Positions 12,306-24,970 of a stretch of 64,000 nt of DNA are shown one piece after another. This stretch comes from Eledone cirrhosa. Taxonomy: Eukaryota. The translations under genes and the position numbers were made by a program. Every line of letters starts with the position of its first letter. Positions within the stretch are counted from its first letter, which is position 1. Below the pieces are notes generated by a model. It was given only the letters and a program-made list of their open reading frames with translations, was not told the DNA's origin and did no database searches. The stretch lies in contig OZ024743.1 of assembly GCA_964016885.1 (NCBI GenBank), positions 317,936,001 through 318,000,000 of the forward strand, in the 5' to 3' direction.

Positions 12306-13604
12306 GTCAAAATAACAATGTTACAGCTTATTAAAGATTGGATTCTAAAGTAATTTTAACAAAAGAAAGAAAAAGTGGGAGAACTCAATGATGTGACTAC
12401 CATTAAATGGAAGTTTCCGAGAGTTGAACTAACGAGACTTAGGAATGGATAAAGAAGTAAAGGATTTGCTAAATCAAAGGTCTCAAACGTGTATCTCCCC
12501 CTCCCCCGCGCCACACACAAACTATTTTTCTATGGACCGCAGCAAAACAATTGTTTAAATTTGAAACGGAAAATCTTTGCCCCTACACTATGTACTAATT
12601 CACATATCCCATTTACTATCATATACGTATTCATTTTGATGGGTGGGAGGGGGGGGGGGGGAATAAATAAATATTAGCCTATCAGCTGTCTTGCAGATTA
12701 GCATCATAACTGGTGGAAGTCAGCCCCACCTCATGTCACTTTCAGCCACGTGTGCCTCTACCCCAGGACGTAAACGGCCTTTTTTGTCCTTGAGTTTGAG
12801 ACCCCTGTGCTAAATCTAATGACTGTCTTTCAATAAATTTCTATTCTCATAGGATTAATTACAGCCACTCATCTCATCATAACCTAGATCTATCCCATTG
12901 ACTTGGGTATAAAACGAATTGGTCGGTAAATGGATTCCTCACTTAACCACCATGGTCTATTCCGCCGACCTGATCGTAAAATGATGTGGTCAGTAAACGA
13001 ACTCCTCACTTAAAAACCAAGTTCTATTTCAGTGACCTATTCATAAAATATATTTTAGATATTTTAATGTCAGATAATGGGTGTGATAAGTTACCAAATA
13101 TCAGTTTTATCTTAAATGAATTATCTGAATAAATAATAATCGTGAAGGTTCTAATGGAAATACAATCTTAATAGTTGTAAACTTTTGATAAAAAAAAGAC
13201 AAAAATATATAACATAAAAAATATTACATAAAAGAAATTTAAAAAGTACATAATATATATATGTCATTATCATCATTGGCCGTCCATTTTCTTGCATGGG
13301 TTAGACGGGTTGTCACGTTATGAGACAAGTCAGGTCCAAAGACCACGTCTTGCTCATACAGGTCTGTATTTTGGCTTGGTTCCTACAGTTGAGTGCCCTT
13401 TCTAACACCAACTCTATTATACTGTGGACTGGGTGCTTTTTATCGTGGCACCGAAACAACCACCTTACAAGGTGAGCTGTGTGTTTTTTGTCGCGGCACC
13501 AAAATAACCATTTTACAGGACGAACTGGACACTTTTTGGCGCGTCATTTACATGACCACCTTACAGGGTATACCAGGTGTGTTTTTTCTCATGTCACCAT
13601 CAGG

Positions 13605-14178
13605 TCCAGGGTTCGATCCCACTGCGTGAAAATTTGTGAGTGACATTATATAGATGGAAACTTTCTGGAAGCCGTCAGATGGACTATATCTATAATTGAA
13701 AGGGCCACCCTTGTCACGCTGTGAATTACGTTAAGTGTACACGTGTCTGTTGAGTGTTCAGCAACTTACATGTTAACTTCACGAGCAAGCTCTTCTATTG
13801 ATCAAATAACTGGAAAACTCATCGTCGAAACCGACGGAGGTCCATTCCACTGTAAAGTAGACGTCTCTCATACATTCGCAAAAAAAGGGGCAAAAAATCA
13901 TGCTAAAGTCAGTCTCGATCCCGGAGGCGTAATTATCCTGTGCTTATCCCAGTTTTCGTGGCATTAAGCGACTGAGAGTATAAGACTTCCCCTTGACAGG
14001 ACACCAGTCCATCGCAAGGTCAAACCCCCAGTTGCTGTTGTTACTCATTATCAGCTGAGTATACTGGAGCAACGTGAAATGAAATGTTTTGCTCAAGAAC
14101 ACAACACACAACCCATTCCAGGAATCGAACCCACGACTTTATGATTGCAAGTCCAACACTAGGTCAGGCACCTCCACA
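13605..14178. mobile_element. tRNA-derived SINE family B (CORE-like) copies, + at 13605-13850 and - at 13935-14178
   Basis: Box B ggttcgatccc and ggttcgattcc; core ctgagt..actggagcaacgtgaaatgaa..gtttgctcaag recurs near 19400, 42710 and 62530. Confidence 0.6.
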
Positions 14179-14399
14179 AAACATGCCATAAATTTGAAAT
14201 TTAGTTATGGCTGGTGATAGGAGAGATAAGCAAAGATTGGACATAATGAACGCGTTATACATGTAGTAGTAGATCTGTAGAGGGAAACAGGGCATATGGT
14301 AGGCGGAGTACTTGTAGTTAGAGTAAGACATGATAATATTACCTTGTTATGTTTAACATTTTGGTAATAAACTTTACAGTACATTTCTTTGGTGTCAAG

Positions 14400-14666
14400 T
14401 ATATATCACACAACTCGAATGTTACATCATATGACTTTTTTACGCCAATTCTCCCCATATAATTATATATATGTGTGTGTGTGTGTAATAGACATATATA
14501 TAGGGAAAAGCGGACGTAAAATGATGATATATATATATATATATATATCATCATTTTACGTCCGCTTTTCCCTATATATATGTCTATTACACACACACAC
14601 ACATATATATAATTATATGGGGAGAATTGGCGTAAAAAAAGTCATATGATGTAACATTCGAGTTGT

Positions 14667-14676
<10 letters not shown>
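14400..14676. repeat. Near-perfect palindrome of about 275 bp centred on (TA)n
   Basis: Arms are reverse complements apart from one homopolymer length difference (T6 vs A7). Confidence 0.95.
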
Positions 14677-14709
<33 letters not shown>

Positions 14710-14790
14710 AAGGTATATATTGAGTTAGGAACTCAAAATAGTCTCTTACAACAAAATAGCTCTAAGAAAGAGATATTTCCGAGCCGTATA

Positions 14791-14920
14791 TTATAATTGA
14801 ATATAAAAGAAAAAAGAAAACAGACATATACATATATGTGTTCAAATCGTAAGGGACCAGATTCGCTTTGAACACATATATGTATATGTCTGTGTTCGTT
14901 TTTCTGTTATATTCAATTAT
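14791..14920. repeat. Imperfect inverted repeat, about 55-bp arms and 20-nt loop
   Basis: cagacatatacatatatgtgttcaaa / tttgaacacatatatgtatatgtctg. Confidence 0.85.
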
Positions 14921-15459
14921 TATATATATATATATAATATACTTACGTACGTACACACACACACACACACATATGACATATGTGTGTATATATATATATA
15001 TCATCATCATCATATATGTATATATTACATGCATGAACCAACCCATACATCAAATGATTTCACCATATCTCTCCTTTTCAGTTAAACAAAAACACAACTT
15101 TTTGTTTTATTGTTTACTTTGGGTGTATAGATTAACATCGCCCTAACCATAACTCTCTTTTCTTTGAAACAAAACTATCACAAAGCAACACAACCAATAT
15201 ATAACATTTCTCATAAACAGTAAACAACATATACATTTACATATTTTCTTTACACAACTATTTTTTCATTTTTATCTCAATGTTATTTTAAGTTATTTTT
15301 AGAATCCAGTTTAATGGCTTTAACTATAACACTTAAAGGCGTATGGCCTAGTTCAGCCGTTGGGCTCAATAGCTGGGCTGAATGAATCCAGATATTTCGA
15401 CCTTTCTCTGGCTCTTCAATCTTTCACCCCAAATTTCTTTCTTTCTTTCTTAAACTCTG

Positions 15460-15782
15460 TAACTCCTGATGGAGTCTTAGGGGTACCGTAGTCTCATACA
15501 ACGTTTCTTGGGCTTTTTAAAAAACCTGATGGAACCCATCTCCTCTCCATGTCTAAATACAGCAGATTTCTTCCAGAGAAGGATAGAAAGAGAGAAAGAA
15601 GAAGTGAGAAAGATTTATTGAGGAAAAATCGACCTCAATACTAGACTGGTACTTCATTTATTGACCTCAAAAGGATGAAAGGCAAAGTTGACCTCAGCAG
15701 GATTTGAACTCAGAAAACAGAGCTGCAACGAATACCACAAAACATTCTATCTGATTCTAATAACTCTGCCATTTTGCCGCCA
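15460..15782 (-). mobile_element. Family A SINE
   Basis: Same body as 1420-1772. Confidence 0.75.
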
Positions 15783-16326
15783 TCACTCCAGCAAAAGAAA
15801 TTGACAGGTCCTTAGTCCGAATTATTCATAAGGCTTAGACAGCTTTATGAATTATAAGGCCCTGTCCACTCACTCATTTAGCTGTTCTCCATATATTCCC
15901 TCTACGTGTGTCACACCCTCATATCAGTATATCGCCCATGTAGAAAACGAAGCCCTCTATTGTCTATGTGACTAACAAAACCCTATATCGTCCATGTGAC
16001 TAAAGAAGCCCTCTAGTAAACCCTTACAACTATATAACCCCGCCATCAATACGGCACCCCTACGACTAATGGGACCATACCATTCAAAATTTGTAACTAA
16101 TCCTGTTTGTTGTTATTTGCTACAAGTGTTTTGTATGAACATTCTGGAAAATCACCCATTGACATCGTTATGATTCAAAACAATCATATTTATTTATTGA
16201 AGTGATCAAATGTTTACCTTCCTTCAACACTTCATACCTCCCCAACACATACTTCCATCACTTCCCACTCTTCTTCAATTTCAGATAAATTCAGTCCTTT
16301 TTAAAACATCCGTTTCATCTCTCATA

Positions 16327-16423
<97 letters not shown>

Positions 16424-17463
16424 GCGTGTGTGAAATTAAATGTGCAAATCACTGAACATCTCACGTATCCGCCTAATATAATTCCCAGGGAGATTCAATG
16501 TTTAGTGAGTAGTGATTCTGTACCAAACCTTAAAATTAACAGTCAGGCAGGGATTGTCACTAGGATTGGTCACTTAATGATTGTCAGTAATACATTTGAC
16601 TGTAATTGTGTTTTAAACACTAGAGTCTTGTATCATATAAAATGTAAACTAATGTTGCAAACTGGCCCTTTCAATAGAGAAAGTCCCTGGAGTGCCACTC
16701 TAGACGTATTACAATCGACAGTCACCACTGATCCCTGTCCTCAGTTGCAGTCAGTTCTTGTGGTACCACTCTAGATGTTCTAATAGTTAACAATCCCCAC
16801 TGATCCCTGGGTCCCTGTCATCACAGATAGAAGAGTCGCAGTGTTGAGACCTGTTAAATCCTTGTTGTTGTTGAACCAGATTATTTTACTAAATCCCTCT
16901 GAATTGTTAAATTAGTTTCAAAGTTTAACTGCAGCACATCAACAACGTATTTCATTAAAAATATGATTTTTAAAATTTCTTATATATGTAAATAAAACCG
17001 TCAATTACCCAAACTTGAATGTAAATGCATCTAGAATTATCCATGAACATGATTAAATGTATAAGCCAAGGGACATGTGACAAAAAGAACAATGGTAGAA
17101 AGGGTCAGCGTATATTTGGGACCAATATTTTGACGATTTTCACCAGCTTCAAATCTAAACTATAATAAAGTAAGAAGCGCGGGACTGCGTACTGTTTATA
17201 ATTTTGTATCCCCTTACTAAAATTACTTTGAATAAATAATTGTTTCTACTTTTGGCACAAGGCCAGAATACTTTGAATAAATAATGAATGAATATTACAT
17301 AATTTATCTACTAAATTTCGTGGCTGTTCATTAAATATATTTTATTACTTATTTTAAGATTCACTTCTTTAAAATGTTCAAATGTCAACACTTCCGATTA
17401 GCGATCGCTTAAATAAATATTCATATATTTCTGTCACTAATTTTCTCAATGCAGTTTATATGT

Positions 17464-17812
17464 AATATCGTCTTTTTTTAATGTATCATAGATTACGTTA
17501 CTGATTACATAAGACAGTGTAACACAGTCTTCGTTCAATTTCTGTGTATATTATCAATTACGATTTTATTTGATGTATCATATCTATATGTAAATATACT
17601 TGCGTATAATATCAATATACACACTACACATGCTAGCAGATATATAATATCGTCTTTTTTTAATGTATCATGGTTTATGTTACTGATTACAGAAGACAGT
17701 GTAACACATTGTTCGTTCAATTTCTGTGTATATTGTCAATTACGGTTTTATTTGATGTATCATATCTACATGGATATATACTTGCGTATAATATCAATAT
17801 ACATACTACACA
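17464..17812. repeat. Tandem duplication with about 180-bp unit, 2 copies
   Basis: aatatcgtcttttttaatgtatcat...cttgcgtataatatcaatatac repeated at 17464 and about 17647. Confidence 0.9.
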
Positions 17813-18663
17813 AGCTAGCAGAAAACCACCCGAAGGGTGGTTTTTCTGCTAGTTCTATGTAAATAAGGTTTGGATTTTTGCTCATTTCTCGGGCATGAAA
17901 TAGTGCTTATATTGGAGTATATACGGCATATATTGGAGTATATACGGCAATTATAATCTAATCCAGTGCGAGATACTTATGCAAGAGGCCTGTGAACTGG
18001 GATCTCCTTCCACACAGTATCAAGGTATGACATAGATATATGTCAATTGCCCAAACCTGAACGCAAATACATCTAAAACCAACCCAAAGCTATCCACGAA
18101 ATAAGATCACTGATTGTCCCAGCCCGTAAACAATAAACTCAGAAAATCAAAGCTAATTAACAAATTAAATTAAATGTTTATACTTGAAATTAGACATCAT
18201 CCATATTTCCTGAGGGAAATCCAGGGGTTTCTCACTCCTGTTGGAGGAACTCCTGTCTGGTTGACCTCCAATCCAGGGCCTTGGAAGAACCTCTCCCCGG
18301 TTGATCTCCACCGCTTTCTGTTTGGTTTTGGCCATGTCTTCAGGGGTATTGCCGTGCTCACCACGCTTGACCACTTGCTGGTTGGTGTGGCTGTTTAACC
18401 CATAGTTGGGTGGATGGCAGTTGACTCTGAGGAATTCATCCACCCTTTTAACAGTTCTTGTTTTTTTTGTGTGTGTGCTGCTGGGGGTTCCACCTACCCT
18501 CCTCACCAGACCAGGGTCTGATGTGGTAGCTGGTTTAGTCGCCGACCACTCGACCATGAAGCAGGTTGTACTGGATAACATATGTTAAATAATTACCATT
18601 TAGATATTTATATTTCCCATTCTAAATATAAAATATTCATTTCAATATTTTTGTTTGTTTCAG

Positions 18664-18701
18664 GTTATTGAACTCGACATTGAATTGAAAACTGAGTTGA
18701 A
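18664..18701 (+). CDS. PLA2G4A: cPLA2 exon 5 (38 nt): VIELDIELKTEL
   Basis: tttcag acceptor, gtgagt donor; last C2 strand; needed to bridge phase 0 to phase 2. Confidence 0.85.
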
Positions 18702-18769
18702 GTGAGTTTATTTCGTTTAACATTCTTTCTTTGCATGAAGATATGTCTTATTCAAGATGCTCTAAATTA

Positions 18770-19045
18770 ACAGAGTCGTTCGAACATCAGATATAATGTT
18801 TTATAATATTTGTTTCAGCTCGCTTTACTTAGAGTTCAAATACCGCCAAGGTCAACTTTGCCTTTCATCCTTTCGAGGAGGATAAATAAAGTAGCAGTCC
18901 AGTACTGGTCTCAATCCCACCTCTCTCACTTTCTCTCATCTTTGCCTGGAAGAAATTGTCTGTGTTCAGACCTGTTGAAGGGAATGTACTCCATCAGGTT
19001 TAAAATGCTCCAGACATGCTTTATATCACTACGGTACCCCTGTGA
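18770..19045 (+). mobile_element. Family A SINE
   Basis: gagttcaaataccgccaaggtcaactttgcctttcatcctttcgag. Confidence 0.7.
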
Positions 19046-19719
19046 CTCAATCAAGAATTCATTCAGCCTATGATATGGCATTTTTCTTATTAAAATATCG
19101 TAATCAGTTTGATTTCTACTAATTCTTTGTTGCTACCAACACACACCTACAAAACCGCCATTTTAATCCACTCATGATTCCATATCATAAAATATCTTGG
19201 TTCTGTTTTTATTGGACCTCTGTCAGCTCCAACGACGAGAGTTCTAGTTCGGCCAACGTAACAACATGCTTATCAACTTAACGTACTAGTGGTTGAGCAT
19301 ATCACAGACACGTGTACCATTAACTTAATTCTCAGTGAGAACGAGCATGTCACAGTGTAATACAAGGCTGGGCCTTTGAATTATTGGCACAATTTATTTT
19401 TGCCATTTGAATGAATTGGAGCATCGTGAAATAAAGTGTCTTGTTCAGCGATACACTACACCATTGGGATCTCTTTGTTCTGTTATTACTAAACGAATTG
19501 ATTAGGTACAAATTACAGCATACCAATATCACGATTTACTAGGGAAATATATAATATTTCAGTCAAACTTTATCGAAATGTTGCTACGTCATTACCAGAT
19601 TTCCAGGCTATTGTTTAAACCACTTCTGTACTCCCGCCTTCGCATTCTTAGAATTATGCATATAATTATACACACATATACACATACATATGCACACACT
19701 ATACACATATATACACACG

Positions 19720-19952
19720 CGTAGGTGGATTGGCAGAATCGGTGGAGCGTCGAACAACATGATTTGCAGTATTTAGTTATACTACCCTTTACATTCTGAG
19801 TTCAAATCCCACCGAGGTTAGCTTTACCTTTCCTCCTTGCGGGGGGGGGGGGTCGATGAAATAAAGTACCAGTAATGCACTGGGATCGATTTAATCGGCT
19901 TTCCCCTTCGCTTCAAATTGCCGGCCTTGTGCCAAAAAGTAGAAACAATTAT
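19720..19952 (+). mobile_element. Family A SINE
   Basis: Box A tggcagaatcgg, box B gagttcaaatccc, core and tail. Confidence 0.75.
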
Positions 19953-20299
19953 TGACATTAGAAAATACTTTTACATAAGTAAATGCAATAGATTATATTG
20001 ATATGAATCATAGGAATGGTTTCTAAACTAAACGTCTTTTCTACTGAGTTCGCAGTAATTATCTTTATATAAATATCTGTGTTAGGTTATATATTAATAT
20101 AAATCACTGCTTATTAACTCACATAGTATGATAAGGATGCGACAGAAATGTCGTTAAAGCGTTTTCGTCATAACCTTGGTATTAAAGGGAAGATTCTGAC
20201 AAAGTTTGGGGTTGTTTCCAGTTTGTAGCTAGGTGATTACCGAATGCTGAAGCTGGCACATTACTGCACCAGTTCCTGTAATTATTGCACTTACTTCAG

Positions 20300-20497
20300 C
20301 CTCCTGCCTTTCATCAAAGTGAACACGGCCCCGAGATACTTGAACTTCCCCACCTGGTTCAGTGGAACTCCATTCACGTGTAGAGTGCACTGCGCAGGCT
20401 TCCTTGAGAGGAGGAGTTCCTCAGTTTTTGCGGTTCTGATTTTTATTCCAGCCATGCAGCAGTCAGCATCAAACCTATCAAGTGCAAGTCGGAGATC
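20300..20497 (-). mobile_element. RTE-like RT fragment
   Basis: Minus strand LRLALDRFDADCCMAGIKIRTAKTE...CTLHVNGVPLNQVGKFKYLG. Confidence 0.7.
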
Positions 20498-20539
20498 ACC
20501 AACTCTCGGTCATGTTGAAAGGTCAAAGTGAAGGTCATA

Positions 20540-21300
20540 CGGGAAAGTCAAAAGTTATCAAAATCTGACCTGAAAACACCGTGTCCTGCTGTCAAACGAT
20601 TTAGTTGGGTTAAGGAAGGTAAAGAGGATAGGCCTAATTACGCAGCTGGGTTGGGGTTGTAGATACTTAGATCATGTATTTGTTTCAAATTAGGGCATTT
20701 CAAGGCTTTACTACACATAATCTTGAGTTTAGAGGCGAAAAGGAATGGTTGCGATTTTAACGGGGTCAACTATTTAGACGTCACTAATGAGAGGAACGAT
20801 GAGTCAATAGTGAAGACATTTTACAATAAGATTTGGGTTTTTAATTTTTTAGGTGGCATAGATGCCCTTTGCAGCCAGCTGTATACCCTTGTTGATGGGA
20901 TACAACGTGTTTTCCAGTCAAATTATATAACACGGTAGGATAAGTAGCCAGATAAATGTTTTTTATGAAAGAAGATAGAAAACTATTAACACACATCATT
21001 GGATAAGGATTCAATAGAAAAATCATTGATACTGTATCATCGTAGCCTTGGTATTAAAGGAGAGATTCTGACAAATTTGGGGGATATTTCTAGTTTGTAG
21101 TTGGGGGACGTATGGCTAGAGATCAGGAATAATAAGTAAATCTTTGGATTTCCATCGAATCAATATAGCGGGAAGTATAGATTAGATATTTTTAGTTGCA
21201 TTGGGGTAGTATGATTGGTGTCGGTGTGGAGGTGTATCATAAAGAATTGATACGGAGGCGGTTAGTCGATCAATGAGATCACTGCAATATAAGCCACCTC
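20540..21300 (-). mobile_element. Possible heavily decayed Penelope-like RT remnant
   Basis: Only weak peptide echoes (HQQG near 20890, reminiscent of the Penelope IPHxEG motif); 35-bp block repeated at 20175 and 21047. Confidence 0.25.
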
Positions 21301-22076
21301 CATATCAATTCTTTGTTTATATATTTTGCTGTAACCCAGAAGTTGATTGCTAAATCTTTTTAATGTTTTATGTTCATTACACCTGACGACGTCATCGAAT
21401 GTCTTTCATCATGATCTGATGACGTAAGCCGCCCGCCATAGAAATACGCATTATGTGTGTGTATGCAACATTAAAGGAATATATTGGAATCTGGCCTTGT
21501 GTGTGTGTGCGTGTGTGTGTGTGTGTGGTATATATATATGTGTGTGTATGTGTGTGTATTGTATGTGTGTAATGCAGTTTGAAGTATGTACTTAAATTTA
21601 AATTGCTTTTGAATATTGTATTTATGTAATATTCATCTATTTGATTATTTCATTTATTTCAATAATAGTTTGGTTATTTTCATGTGATGTATTGGCTTTG
21701 GCTTTTCTGATAAAAGTTTCCTGGCATACAGTATCGTGCCGTCAGATTACGTGGTCTTGAAGGATTGCTTTGTCTCGGACTTTCGTTTTGGAGTTTATAG
21801 ATCAGAGACGTAATGGAATTGTAGTCGCCGCAGATAAATATAATTGTATTAAACAGAAACTACGAAATATGACAGCTGCAGCTTGATAACACTTGTCTTC
21901 CCCATCTGGTGGCTGGTGTGGGTTTGAGGCTAGTGTAGGTTTGTGGTTGGTTTACGGAATGTTGGGATACGGTGGTTGGTTTAGCGAGAATTATGAGTGC
22001 AGATCAGTGGTTCGTTTACAGTATTATCCGAGTGTTTTATTTACAGGTTAGAACAATCAACGGTCTTATTAGCGAA

Positions 22077-22227
22077 CATACATACGTACACACATACATA
22101 CATACATACATACATACATACATACATACATACATACATACATACATACATACATACATACATACATACATACATACGTACGTACGTACGTACGTACGTA
22201 CGTACGCACACGCACACGCACACACAC
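22077..22227. repeat. (TACA)n grading into (TACG)n microsatellite
   Basis: Directly visible. Confidence 0.95.
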
Positions 22228-22818
22228 TACAAATGGCTGCGATAGCTGGCACCTTCAAAATTTGCAAAACGTTCTTGTTATTTAAGGTATGACAATTTCT
22301 TTTCTTTTACAACCTTGCCACCAGAAAGGTGGTCGGTCAATAATGTACTCGAAATTAAGAGAAAGAGAAAAATGCATACATACATCTAATAACTGCATTA
22401 CACATGTACAGATACAAAGCATATGTACATACACATATATAACTCAAAACATACATATCCACACGTACAATAACATCCATACCTGCACACAGGCACGCAT
22501 GCAGACATGCATACGTATCTACCTAGTTGATGTTGTTTAAATTCCAATGAGAGAGTCTTGTGTCTGTTAGAAACCAACTCTCTCTCTATTGGTATAAATT
22601 TATAAAATTATAAAACCAGAAGGACATACATACACCCACATAAATACATACATACATACATGCATACATGATGGCTGCCCCCTCGTTATCGAGTATGGCC
22701 ATTGCACGAGGAGGAAAAAAAATATATATATATATATATATATATATTAATAAATAAATAAAAAAGAAAAGAAAAGAAAAAAAAAGATATATATATATAT
22801 ACACACATACATATACAT

Positions 22819-23845
22819 ACCAGCTAGAAAAATGCGTACAGCAAAAAAAAGTAATATTATTGGAATATAAACCTTTAAAAATACAGGACAAGAAACTAAG
22901 ATAAAACTTTAAAGAATTGGACAAGAAATAAAAAATTTTACAATAATATTAGTGGCAAAATTTTTATTGGTAAAAAATCGAGTTCCACATTCATAGGCTC
23001 TGGGTTCCACATTCAGAGGTCGTCGTCAGACCGGGGGGATCATTTGATCCTGGTTTGAACACCAATTGGGCCATAAGCATACCCCTATTTCATCATTCGG
23101 CGACACGCCTCATGTGTCATGCATAATGTGAATGGACCCATGGGCCCATGAGCACAGATCTTGAGCAGCAGCAGACGGTCTTGTCGTCCCGCTCATCCTT
23201 GATCTTGACCAACCCGTCCATCTTCTCCTTGCATCTTGTCCTTAAGTTCAAGTCCGGCAGTCCAGATGAATGCGTGCCACAGCTTTCTGGTACAGGAAGG
23301 GGGAGCATGAGGACTGGAGGGATGACGGGACAGAGGGAGGGAGGACCGGTGGTTCAGGGAGGTGCCGTAGTCGGTGGTCAGAGTCGACATCTTGTCCAGG
23401 TCGTCTTCTCCATCTTCGTCTGGTGTTTCGGGACCAGAAGTGCATTCTTGGAGGAGACCTGCAGCTGCATCGGCCAATTCTTCTTGCACTGGTCATTCTG
23501 ACGGAGCAGAACTGCTCAGCCAACCAACCCCAACCAGAACCAACCGCTCAGGGGCAACGCACAATGAGAGCATGACAATTATTATGCACTAATCAAGAAG
23601 ATACTGGGGCATAGCACAGGAAACGAATAAAAATATTTTGCCACTAATATTATTGTAATTTTTTTTATTTCTTGTCCAATTCTTTAAAGTTTTATCTTAG
23701 TTTCTTGTCCTATTCTTTTAAAGTTTTATCTTAGTTTCTTGTCCTATTCTTTTAAAGTTTTATTTTAGTTTCTTGTCCTGTATTTTTAAAGGTTTATATT
23801 CCAACAATATTACTTTTTTTTGCTGTACGCATTTTTCTATCTGGT
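22819..23845. mobile_element. Non-autonomous TIR (foldback-type) DNA transposon with GC-rich interior
   Basis: Inverted arms 22819-22965 and 23630-23845 containing about 32-bp subrepeats (about 2 left, 4 right). Confidence 0.8.
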
Positions 23846-24970
23846 CTACTATTTTTTAAGGCAATGTAAGCAACAACTATCTAATAATTAAAAGATCATA
23901 GTGAATTACTGACAAGTGATTGACATTTTAAAGTTCTTTTGAGTATAATTGCAATGTAGATGAGGCAACTGGCTTAATGACAAAGCTAGTAAATCATGAA
24001 TGCATTTGAGATGATTAGTGCATAATAGTGAATTGGTGAAACTTGTGCATTTCAATGGTGTTACGGATAAAAACTGATACTGCTGTCTACGACCTTTATA
24101 TAGGATTGTCATGTTTCTCTGTATCTGCAATGTGGGTATACAAAATAAGAATTATGATATTAACTTTTATTTAAAATCCCAAAAAATGCTGTGCATGAAA
24201 ACTTCAAAAAGTAATTCTATTTCTATTGATGACCTCTTAGTTGCTCATACTAATTTTGTAAAAGATTTCAAGCCAATAATCAGAATGATCTGGTATAATT
24301 TTTATGCAGATAAATGACTAATTAGTATAAAGGGCCATCCAGATATCATGTGGACACCGCGAACCAAAAATGGTCACATGATATCTGGATGGCTCCTAAG
24401 CATCCCCTCCACATGGCGGGGACATGGGTCATCATCGTGGAGCACTCACCTATTTTTAAAATATTAGACTATGATAAATGAATTTAGTTAAAAATACAAT
24501 TTGAAATATATTAGATTACCTCACCTCGTAATTACCTCCCCTAGCGTCACGCTTACTACTCACTCACTTGAACACAAGATTTATCAGCAAACTTTGATTA
24601 TAAACTTTTTCCCGCTGGACCAAATTTCTAGATTTTTAAGCCAAAAGATGCGTAATGATCTACTGTTCATGCTCATATAAGTTTTATCTCAGTTAAATAA
24701 AGTAGAGCCGCGCTGTACTGTCGTAAACAGACGATTGCCAACGAAAACACGACCACAACAATATTACTAAACGGACTACCGTCCGTTTAGGATATACACA
24801 CATATATATATACATACACACATATACATTAATAACAATAATAATAATAATAATAATAACAACAATAATAATAACGACAATAACAACAATAATAATATAC
24901 ATATACATATATATATACACACACGCGCGCGCACATAAACATATCTATACACACACACACATGATAGCAA

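Noticed and set aside
17815-17852. Rho-independent terminator-like hairpin with T run
   Set aside because: Eukaryotic intron; the T run is part of the stem; a transposon terminus is more plausible
19725-19815. tRNA gene (box A and box B present)
   Set aside because: No cloverleaf; it is the head of a multi-copy SINE
21383-21432. CUGACGA with GUCAUC/GAUGAC stem
   Set aside because: GUAA in place of GAAA and no convincing stems I and III
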